From the NCBI GenBank assembly GCA_965240325.2, contig OZ251227.1, positions 62,001-126,000 on the forward strand: 64,000 bases of DNA, given 5' to 3'. A program made the position numbers and the translations under genes. The notes under the pieces are model-generated. The model had not been told where the DNA came from and did not search any database. It saw nothing but the letters and a program-made list of their open reading frames with translations. This DNA comes from Rebecca billardiae RCC1528 (lineage: Eukaryota > Protista > Haptophyta). Shown here piece by piece: positions 1 through 9,582 of the stretch. Position 1 is the stretch's first letter. The number at the start of each line of letters is the position of its first letter.

Positions 1-224
1 ACTGTGAGAAGAGTCAGACTGTGCGTACGTACGTGTACGTAGTGATGGACGACTACGATGACGATGTGTCGTCGCGGCCGGCGATGAAGCTAGCTAGTCA
101 GCTATGGTCGTATTCGTCGTCTACTCGACTACTTGACGACGAAGTAGTAGTTGTCGTCGTCGTCGCCCATCGACCTTCGGCTTCGTCACTCAGCGGTGAG
201 GGGTGCTGGACAGTGTACGGCGCG

Positions 225-1410
225 ATGGCTGCCGCCGTCATCGTCAGGCGACGACAGCAGCAGCCGGCCTGCTCGGGGCGGTGGGCTGCGGGAAGACGAC
301 GGCGACGGCGCGCGCTGCAACGGCTGCCCGCGACCGCCGCGGCCGCGCTGCTGGCAGTGGTGCTCGGCGCGTCGCCCACGTCCGCCGAGCAGCTCGAGCG
401 CGTGCTCGACGACGTGGCCGGCAGCGCGGCCATCGGCCGGCTCGGCCGCGCGCCGCTCGCGGACGGGTGCGCGCGCGTGTACGTGGACGTGGGCACGAAC
501 GTGGGCGTGCAGATCCGCAAGCTGTTCGAGGCGGACAAGTACCGCGGTGCCATGGTGCTCGGCTACTTCAACGTGCTGTTTGGCAACGGCACCAGCCGCG
601 CGACCGACGGCGCCCTGTGCGCGTTTGGGTTTGAGCCCAACCCGCTGATGACGCCGCGGCTGCGGCAGCTGGAGGAGAGCTACGCCGCGCAGGGCTGGCG
701 CGTGCGCATCTTCACCGAGACGGCGGCGGGCGCGTCCGACGGCGTGGTCAACATCTCGTACGGCGAGAGCATGGCCGACAGCCTCGCCACGATGGCGGGC
801 GCGCCCGCCGGCGCGCGGCCGGCGCTCGGCGGCGCCGTGAGGCTCGAGCGGCGGAGCTGCGCGCCGGCTGGACCTGGCGCGCTGGCTGCGCGAGGAGGTG
901 GTCTTCCGGAGGATACCGGCGCGCGGCGGCCGCGCCCGCCACCGCCCCGCGGTGCTGATGAAGCTCGACGTCGAGGGCGCCGAGATCGAGCTGCTGCCCG
1001 CGCTGCTCCGCTCAGGCGTGCTCTGCCACGTCAACCTCACGATGGCCGAGTGGCATGGGCGCATGTTTGGCGGGCCCGGCACGGCGCTCCGGAGGCGGTA
1101 TGATGGGGTCGTGCGGGGCGCCGAGCGGCAGATGCGCGCCGCGTACAGCAGGACTAGCTGCCGCGCCGTGCTCATCCAATTCGACGACGAGACCTTCGCC
1201 TTCGACGACGGCACGCGGAAGGCCAACTTCGGACCGACGAGCGAGTCTCGCGCCCACGGCTTCAACGCGTCGCTCATGACGCCGCTCCCGCCAAATAAAG
1301 AGCGTGCGACGGCTCTGGCTCCCGCTGGCGGAGCTGCGCGCGGTGCGCAGGACCAGTGGGGCAGTACTCGCGCCCCGCCGCGAGTGGGCGCCGGTCGCGC
1401 CGGAGCCTAG
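225..1410 (+). CDS. FkbM-like SAM-dependent methyltransferase family protein (apparent 1-nt frameshift near 855-862)
   Basis: Hydrophobic N-terminal anchor, then VYVDVGTNVG (SAM motif I) and FGFEPNP. After a frame change come RLDLARWL and LMKLDVEGAE, a typical FkbM motif set. Joins ORFs 21..1103 and 898..1410; start uncertain. Confidence 0.7.
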
Positions 1411-1673
1411 CTAGTCGCGCATGACCGGCTGTGCCGTGTGCGGACTCTGACTCCGCTACTCGGAGTCGGAGACACTGTATGACTGTCAAACTCGCCCGGC
1501 CGATCGCCGACGCGATATGAATGCATGCGACGCCGACGTCTAGGTATATATATATAATACAGTCGTATATCGTCCTATACGACGACGTCGTACGACCGGC
1601 GGATGATATAGGTCAGCATCAGGTATCGAATAACCGGCGGCGCCGTGTCGTGAAGTCCGCGCGGCACCGTACG

Positions 1674-2813
1674 TCAGCTCGCCGCCGCTGATGCGGCGGC
1701 GCTTCGCATGGCCGGACCGCCATCACTAGTGCCCATGTTGCCAAAGCGCGACTTCATGGGCGCCGAGCTCGGGGCGCGCAATGGCGGCTCGCTCGGTGAA
1801 GGGCGAGCGTGGCCACCGCTGGCGTTGCTGGCGCCTGTGGGGGCATCGAGCGCGCTGCCGCGTCGAGGCCGCAGCACGCGGCCGGCCGAGGACGAGTCGT
1901 CGCCGTCAGACTCAGATGCAACGGTCACATCAGAGCGCGGCTCGCGCAGCGAGGGCCACGGCTGCTCCGACGCCTGGTGCCGCGCGCGTGGCGTGGCGAG
2001 CGGGGGCAGCGCGCTGTCTCGCACGAGCACGATGCCCGAGTTGAGCGTCCAGTGGTTGCTCATCCCGTACAGGGCGTCGAGCTGCCGCCGCGGCACGTGC
2101 GATGGGCCGAGCTCGGTAGGCGTGCCGTCGGCGACGCCTCCGGCCGCGTCGCCCGCGGACGCCGGCGCGGAGGCGAGCACGTCGCCTGGCATCACAACGA
2201 CCCACAGCAGCTCGAGTGGCAGACCCACCTGCCGCGCCAGCCGGCGCGGCGGCTTGTACGTGCCGGACAGGTTGGACCAGGCGAGCAGCACGCCGTCCGT
2301 GTCGAGCAGCACCTCGCCCGCAAAGAGCACGCGGCCCTCCGCGGCGAGCTGCGCGTGGCCGCACGCGCTGCCGAAGTGCGCCGCGACCATGGAGAGGCGG
2401 AGGTGCCGCTCTCCCGGGACGAGCACGAACGCGTGCGAGCCGGAGGCGAGCGCCACGTTCCTGCGCAGCGTGCAGCACGCCTCGTCGCGCGGCAGCCGCA
2501 CGTCGCTCTGCTTGGCTCCGGCGGCGCGCAGCTTCGAGATGTGCGGTACCCACTGGTTGCCGCGCAGCATGACGGCCGGGCTGCTGCGCGACGATCGCAA
2601 GACAAAGGTGATGGTGAACTCGTTGATCAACCCAGCGTTGGACATGCTCGAGGGCAAGCCGTCGCTGTCCGCGCGTGGCCCTCCGGTCGCACAGCCGCCT
2701 GTGCTGAAGCGCGTGTTGGTGACGATCATAGCAGTCGCCCTGCGGCTGCTGCTGGCTTCGGCGGCAGAAGAGCTGGTGGGGTTTGCGGGCTCAATGGTGG
2801 CGAAGATGGGCAT
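1674..2813 (-). CDS. Hypothetical protein with H-x2-LA...AGE...N-x-SG-x-Y-x-P motif (IQM / Rhs C-terminal-like)
   Basis: Globular core GHAQLAAEGRVLFAGEVLLDTDGVLLAWSNLSGTYKP inside ORF 1674..3161. ATG at 2813 was chosen as the start; uncertain. Confidence 0.6.
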   Translation of the reverse strand: MPIFATIEPANPTSSSAAEASSSRRATAMIVTNTRFSTGGCATGGPRADSDGLPSSMSNAGLINEFTITFVLRSSRSSPAVMLRGNQWVPHISKLRAAGAKQSDVRLPRDEACCTLRRNVALASGSHAFVLVPGERHLRLSMVAAHFGSACGHAQLAAEGRVLFAGEVLLDTDGVLLAWSNLSGTYKPPRRLARQVGLPLELLWVVVMPGDVLASAPASAGDAAGGVADGTPTELGPSHVPRRQLDALYGMSNHWTLNSGIVLVRDSALPPLATPRARHQASEQPWPSLREPRSDVTVASESDGDDSSSAGRVLRPRRGSALDAPTGASNASGGHARPSPSEPPLRAPSSAPMKSRFGNMGTSDGGPAMRSAAASAAAS

Positions 2814-3811
2814 AGACAGCCTACTCGCGCGGCGTCGCGTGCGCGGGGAGGGGGATGGCAGGCGCGGTTGATGATGAGACGGATGATGGATTGCCCGCAT
2901 GGAGGATGGTGCGATGTATAGTGTGCGCGCGATGCGAATCGCAGGCGCCTCGCCGGAAGCGCTCACGCATTGAAGCCGACTGATTCGTCGAGCTCGTCGG
3001 ATGTGACAGCCGCACACTGGCCAGACCACGCCGTGATGGCCTCGAGCGTTGTGAGCTCGGGCTCGGGGCCGTGAGCTGGGCTCGAACGGTCGGCGGCGTA
3101 GGAAGCAATCGTCGAGTGCACGTCGCTGGGGCTGGCGCAGTCGTCCCAAACGACTGGGCACGTCAGTGGCGATGGCGGCGGGAGCAAGGGGTGGGCGGCA
3201 CGCACCGCGCGTGCCGCACGCGGCAGAGGCGCGGCGTGGACGACGGCTTCGTGCGGGAGCTGTGCGCGCGCTGCGCGCGCGCGCGCACCTCTGAACGCAC
3301 GTTGCCGGAGTGGCCCGGCTCTCACGCGCGAGCAGAGCACGTCGGTCACCCAGTGTTGCACGCGGAGGTAGGCTGCGAACATTGAAGGCAGCTCCAAGCT
3401 GCCCTTCGCGTTGAGCGTCGTGCGCACCGCGATGGAGATGATCTCGGTCGAGTGTCGCGCGTCGTCGCCGAAGCGTCGTCGCGGGCGGGTGTCGGTCGCG
3501 AGGGAGTTTGGCGACGGGTTGAAGGGTGACGAGGTGCGTTTCCCCCCTTGGTCGTAACTTCTGGGTCGTAAGTAAAGCATGCCTTTAACCACATTATGTA
3601 CCTCTTCTCAAACTTCAGAGAATCCCATACGTTCGGGTATTGATTTCGATCATGAACGGGCCAATGAGTATTCTGCATTAGGCTCCACTTTGATTCTTTC
3701 GACGTTTTCCAACCGCGGGTGTTCCCCCAAGTCCCCGAGGACCAAGGGAGATAGCCGTAAACGGTCATTAATTATCTCCCTCCCTTGGCGAGGACCGTGC
3801 CTCTGGTACCC

Positions 3812-4723
3812 GAGACCACTCCACCGAAATCGAGCCCGGCCAGGGCTTCGGCCGCCCACTGGAGGCCAGGGCTTAGCCCTGGCCGCGCCGAGCGCGGCCA
3901 GGGCTTCGCTCGCCAGCGCGAGATAGTATTGAGCTCATAGGCGATGCCGCCGCGCCGCGTGCGAGCCCTCCGTCTCGCGCTGGCTGCGGCCGCGAGCGCG
4001 TGCGGCGAGCCGTGGCGTGCGGTCGCGCACCGGCGCTGAGGTATGGTGTGCCCATCCGTGCCCTTGGCTCGTGCCCGCGCGCCCTGCTCCGCCGCTGCGG
4101 GGCGCGCGTGTGGTCGCGCCGCCTTGCTCGCTGGGCGCACCGAAAGCGCGAGCGCGCAACGAGTCACCTGTGGCGTGTCGGACCCAGCGCGTGCGCGCCT
4201 GGCGTATGGTTTGTGTTTGGCATGGCCCTGGTCACGCGCGGCGCCGGCCGTGCCCAGCGTCTGACCGCGCGCAACGCGCGCAGTACTGGTGGTGCCGGCT
4301 AGGGTCGAGCTGACCCCTCGGGGCTCGGCGGCACCCAGCCACTGGTAGGCGGCCGCGATGGGTCGACGCGTCGGATGGATGGCGGCTACACATCATGCTG
4401 GTCGCGCTCTGCCGCGTGCAGGGCGGTTGCACGGCGACAAGTGCCCCCGCGATCGTGCCGCGCTCGGGTACGAACCGGAGCAGTATGTTGCATGCGTGCC
4501 GCCCGCAGGTCGCGAGCTGGGGCGTGCTGGTCGGTGTGGCTGACGGGCGCGCTCGCGCGCGTGGCATGTGCGAGCGCGCCGCCGCCCACGCGTGCCGCCC
4601 ACGCCGCGCGGCGCGCGCCGCGCGCCGCGCGCCGCGCGGCCTACGTCGCCTCGGTGCTCGCGCGGCCGGCAGCTCCGGACGGCAGCGTGACTCGGGTCCG
4701 AGTGGCTGTCGTGTGCCAGCTGC
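3812..4723 (+). repeat. Left terminal inverted repeat (912 bp)
   Basis: Mirrored at 5884..6795 with only about 2 mismatches noticed. The ORF track shows mirrored ORFs on opposite strands. Confidence 0.95.
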
Positions 4724-5883
4724 AGAGCTGGTCCTTACTAGTACACGGAGTGGGCGGCGGGTGAAGTGGTTGTAGCCGCGGTCTTGCGTCTGTGGGCGTC
4801 CGCATGCCGCGTGTCTCTTCGTACCCTGATGTACGTCATTGCCCACGGATTCTGGGGTCATATGGGCACAACGGGCTGACTGACGTCCGCTGCAACCCGT
4901 GGTGCAGGCTCGGCGTAGATGACCGTGAAGATGGCCGGTCACAAGACACACGAGCAGAAGGTATGCACACGCACCGAGGTGATGCATCGCCCCTCTTACC
5001 TTTGTGGTGGAGACCCGGAGGCGTGCGGCTGCCTGCGCATGCGCCAGAGTCGAGATGCGTAGCTCGGACGCTGCACGGGCTCGATGTGAGCGGCACTGCC
5101 TCTACTGTACTCGTGAGCGGCTGCAAGCGCACGCACGCCTCAAGAGCCGGATGCTCGCCGCGGCTGGTTTCGGCATGTAGCGCGGGCCAACGCTCTCAAC
5201 GAAGTAGGATGGAGCCTAGAATAGCGTCAGTTGTGGCGTTGGCGCCTGCCACGGCCGCGGTGTCTGATGAACGACTGTGGGAATGATTGTAAGTGCGTGA
5301 CAAGCGCTTCACTGGAGTATGAGCTGACAGCAGCAGTTCCTGGCGAGGCTTCTATTGCACACAATCGTGCCGACCTTCACTGTCTGCGGCTCACAGCAAC
5401 ACTGGTCTAGTGGGTCCACGCGAGGGTGCACGCGTGGTGGGAGCAGGCTGCGCTGCTCATCATCCACACATCACAGCTGAACACGACGCTTAGCGCGCGG
5501 AGCTGCTCGGCAGCTACCAAGTACGGGACGCTAGCCAGTGACAAGGCTGAGCCACGGCTACAGTATGCGCGTGCTGATGGCTATGATCGGCTCGGTACCC
5601 GGTGATGAAGTTCGCCAACTCCCGCCCTTCTACGGTGGCCGGCCTGAGCACAACACTGATGGTACACCACGATGCAGCGCAGTTACAGTTGTCAGCTGAA
5701 CACTTTCCGAATACCCAGTCACGGAGCATGCAGATGGTGCTGAACTGCTGTGTATCGTCCATCTCATCATGCGCTCACGGCTTGATACCAAGACAGTGGC
5801 AGTGGCCACGACCTACTACGCAGCTAGCTGTTTCCGTATGCCAAGAGGATGGACGACTACTGCAGCTTGTTTGCCAGCCTTGA

Positions 5884-6795
5884 GCAGCTGGCACACGACA
5901 GCCACTCGGACCCGAGTCACGCTGCCGTCCGGAGCTGCCGGCCGCGCGAGCGCCGAGGCGACGTAGGCCGCGCGGCGCGCGGCGCGCGGCGCGCGCCGCG
6001 CGGCGTGGGCGGCACGCGTGGGCGGCGGCGCGCTCGCACATGCCACGCGCGCGAGCGCGCCCGTCAGCCACACCGACCAGCACGCCCCAGCTCGCGACCT
6101 GCGGGCGGCACGCATGCAACATAATGCTCCGGTTCGTACCCGAGCGCGGCACGATCGCGGGGGCACTTGTCGCCGTGCAACCGCCCTGCACGCGGCAGAG
6201 CGCGACCAGCATGATGTGTAGCCGCCATCCATCCGACGCGTCGACCCATCGCGGCCGCCTACCAGTGGCTGGGTGCCGCCGAGCCCCGAGGGGTCAGCTC
6301 GACCCTAGCCGGCACCACCAGTACTGCGCGCGTTGCGCGCGGTCAGACGCTGGGCACGGCCGGCGCCGCGCGTGACCAGGGCCATGCCAAACACAAACCA
6401 TACGCCAGGCGCGCACGCGCTGGGTCCGACACGCCACAGGTGACTCGTTGCGCGCTCGCGCTTTCGGTGCGCCCAGCGAGCAAGGCGGCGCGACCACACG
6501 CGCGCCCCGCAGCGGCGGAGCAGGGCGCGCGGGCACGAGCCAAGGGCACGGATGGGCACACCATACCTCAGCGCCGGTGCGCGACCGCACGCCACGGCTC
6601 GCCGCACGCGCTCGCGGCCGCAGCCAGCGCGAGACGGAGGGCTCGCACGCGGCGCGGCGGCATCGCCTATGAGCTCAATACTATCTCGCGCTGGCGAGCG
6701 AAGCCCTGGCCGCGCTCGGCGCGGCCAGGGCTAAGCCCTGGCCTCCAGTGGGCGGCCGAAGCCCTGGCCGGGCTCGATTTCGGTGGAGTGGTCTC
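5884..6795 (-). repeat. Right terminal inverted repeat (912 bp)
   Basis: Reverse complement of 3812..4723. Confidence 0.95.
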
Positions 6796-7009
6796 TACCC
6801 CTTCATCCCAGCCGGGTATGGTTATTGCACAACCTAACTGATATGGGGATATAGCCCTTGGGTGGTTGTGTGCTTACACCCTGATAAGCAAGGGGTCTTA
6901 CGGGTGGACCTCGCCCACAAAAGAAGGGTGATAGAACAACCTGGAGCGGTACTTTCGCCGTATGCAAGTTTAAAATGATTATACCGTCTTTTTAAAATCA
7001 TAGAATTAG

Positions 7010-7959
7010 TATGCCCCCGACGCCGGCCCATGGCTGCCGCACGTGCGTGCCCCGCATTACCTCGAGCGTGTACATGCACGCGACGGGTGTCCTGTCAGCG
7101 AGGGCGGGGTGGCGTAGATGGTCTCGTGGGAGGTGCGTCAGTGTGCCGAAGACGTCTCGACACCTTGGTGGCATGCCCACACCTCTCCTTGTCGCCGCTT
7201 GCGTGCTGTGTGCTCGGCCAGCCGTTTGGAGTGCACGCCTGCACGTGCACGGCCAGTGTCGGGCGGATCGAGCCGCAGTGAGTGGTCGTGCGGGTACTCC
7301 CACTCGGTGCGCCTCTCTACCACGGTTGCAAGCCCTCGTGCATCAACACCAAGCCGTGCACTCGAACCCACGACGTGTTCAACGTCATCATGGTCCGGTA
7401 CCCGACATCGTCATTGTGGACTCTTGTAGCTCGCGTCTGACTGGATTCGACAGGTTCCACGACACGCACGAGGGCTTGCAACAGTGGTAGAGAGGTGCAC
7501 CGAGTGGGAGTGCCCGCACGACCACTCTGCACTGCGTCTCGATCCGCGCCCGACACTGGCCGTGCACGTGCCAGGCCGAGTGCACTCCAAACGGGCTCAG
7601 GGCCGAGCACGCAGCACGCAAGCGGCGACAAGCCGACAGGAGAGATGTGGGCATGCCACCAAGGTGTCGAGGCACGTCTTCGGCACATCACTGACGCACG
7701 ACCTCCCACGATATATGCATGAGACGACCATATGATATGGATCTACGCCACCCGCCGCCCTCGCTGCCAGGCCAGGCACCCCGCGGCGTCGCGTAGCAGC
7801 CACTAGCTAGCGAGTAGCGGCGCATGTAACTCTAAAAACTCGCACTCGCGTCTCGCCTCGAGCAGCAGGCTTGCGCATGGTAAATATATGCGCGCGGGGG
7901 AGTGCCGCCCGGGGACCGGCGCACGTGCGGCAGCCATGGGCCGGCGTCGCGGGGGCATA
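7010..7959. mobile_element. Degenerate fold-back / MITE-like element
   Basis: TATGCCCCCGACGCCGGCCCATGGCTGCCGCACGTGCG at 7010 is mirrored at 7920-7959. The arms (~7010-7341 vs ~7466-7959) align in reverse with many indels. No TSD seen. Confidence 0.75.
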
Positions 7960-8235
7960 ATCTCTGCGTGATGGAGGCGTTCACGCACAGCTAGGGTCGT
8001 CAATGATATATATATATAGGATATACGCTACAGATGAGCGGCATGGCGCTGTCAGAGCGGCGGGTGAGAAAGCCCGCGGCGCGCCATCAGGATCGCCGCG
8101 TGCCACGGCGGCCAGTCGCGTGCGCAGGCGCACTTGAGAGAGCGGCCCAGGCCACGGCGCGGGCGGCAGGCTGGCCGGGCGGAGCAGCCTGGGCGCGGGC
8201 CCCGATCGCGGGCGAGGCCGTGGCAGCGTGCGGCG

Positions 8236-9465
8236 TCACGCCGCCTCGCCCTCTGCGCCGCCGGCGCCGCCCGCCGCGGGGCCGGCCGCACCGTCGGCGC
8301 TCGCGCTCGCGCGCTCGGCGGGCTCGCGGTCGTCGTCGGCCGGGCGCTCCTCGCGCACGCGCTCGCTGAGCAGCGCGAGCCCCTCCGCGAGGATCTCCGC
8401 GACGTGCTCGCCCACGAGCTCCGCGTCGGGCGCGCTGACGGCGCCGCCCCTCGGCGCCGGCCAGCGGCGCGCCGCGCGCTCGCCCGCGCGCGCCAGCTGC
8501 TGCCGCCAGCGCGCGCCGTCGCGGCAGCCGTGGAAGAGGCCGTGCACCGGGCGCACGAGCACGCGCACGGCGCTCACGGCGGGGCTGCCCGCGCGCACGA
8601 GCTCCGCCGCCGCCTCCGCCGCGTAGCACGCGTACGCCTCCGCCACCTCCGCGCGGCTGCCGCCCGCGTTGGGCGCGCCGAACAGCGCGCGGTCCGCGTC
8701 CGCGAGCAGCCATGGCTCCGCGTACGCCTGACGGCCAATCATCACGCCGCTGACGGCGGAGGCGGCGAGGTGGCGGCGCGCCTCGCCGAGCGACCTGATC
8801 CCGCCGTTGATCGTCACGCGCGCGTGCGGCAGCGCGTCCGCCAGCGCGTGCACCACGCCGTGGCTGAGCGGCGGCACGCTCCTGTTGCGCAGCGGGTCGA
8901 GGCCGAGCAGAGCCTTGCGCGCGTGCACGATCAGGTGGTCGACGCCGCCGAGGTCGGAGGCGGCGTTGCAGAAGGCGAGGAGCTCAGCCCACGAGTCCGC
9001 CTCGTCCACGCCGATCCGGCACTTGAGCGACGGCGCCTGCCCCGTCGCGCGGCCGATGCTCGCGCAGATGCGCGCGGCCGCCGCCGGCTCCCTCATCAGC
9101 CGCGCGCCAAAGCACGAGTCGGACGGCGCGGGGCAGCCGGCGTTGAGGTTGACGGCGTCGTAGCCGTACTCGCGCGTGCACACGAGCGCCGCGCGGCCCA
9201 TCAGCTCGGCCGACGCGCCGCCGAGCTGCGCCACCACCGGCGACTCGCACGCGTGCCGGCCGAGCAGCTCGTCGAGCGCCGAGCGGTCGGACGCGGCCGC
9301 GCGCGCGCACACGGCCTGGTCCCACACCATCTCCGTGTACAGCACGGTGCGCCGCGTGAGCAGGCGCGCGAGGTATCGGAAGTGCCGGTCCGTGCAGTCG
9401 AGCATCGGCGCGACCGACAGCGCCTCGTGCCCGCCGGGCGGCGGCGCGTCCGCGCCGTACCACAT
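8236..9465 (-). CDS. dusA: tRNA-dihydrouridine synthase, DusA-like
   Basis: SVAPMLDCTDRHFRY, LYTEMV, NLNAGCP (catalytic Cys), FGARLM, IVHARKALLGL..NRSVPPL, TINGGI, GVMIGRQAY. Confidence 0.92.
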   Translation of the reverse strand: MWYGADAPPPGGHEALSVAPMLDCTDRHFRYLARLLTRRTVLYTEMVWDQAVCARAAASDRSALDELLGRHACESPVVAQLGGASAELMGRAALVCTREYGYDAVNLNAGCPAPSDSCFGARLMREPAAAARICASIGRATGQAPSLKCRIGVDEADSWAELLAFCNAASDLGGVDHLIVHARKALLGLDPLRNRSVPPLSHGVVHALADALPHARVTINGGIRSLGEARRHLAASAVSGVMIGRQAYAEPWLLADADRALFGAPNAGGSRAEVAEAYACYAAEAAAELVRAGSPAVSAVRVLVRPVHGLFHGCRDGARWRQQLARAGERAARRWPAPRGGAVSAPDAELVGEHVAEILAEGLALLSERVREERPADDDREPAERASASADGAAGPAAGGAGGAEGEAA

Positions 9466-9582
9466 GTGGGCCGCGTGGCAGGGGGCCCCGGCCGATGCGC
9501 TTGGATCAAACCCCGCGCCCGCCGCCCGGCCGCGGGGCAGCTGCAGGCTGGCGGCTGCGCGGCGCGCGCTGCGGCCGGCACG

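Larger units (their letters stand above)
3812..6795. mobile_element. Non-autonomous DNA transposon / fold-back element with 912-bp TIRs and 5-bp TSD (TACCC)
   Basis: 3812..4723 is the near-perfect reverse complement of 5884..6795. Termini are GAGACC...GGTCTC, and TACCC sits at both 3807-3811 and 6796-6800. Confidence 0.93.

Noticed and set aside
841-870. Programmed frameshift in the FkbM-like gene (and at ~22640 in the helicase)
   Set aside because: No slippery heptamer is present. Single-base indels in GCGC runs are best explained by consensus error or an allele-specific lesion.
3180-3345. Zinc-knuckle (gag-like) relic on the minus strand, CSR..EPGHSGNV
   Set aside because: It needs several indels to reconstruct and has no supporting pol sequence.
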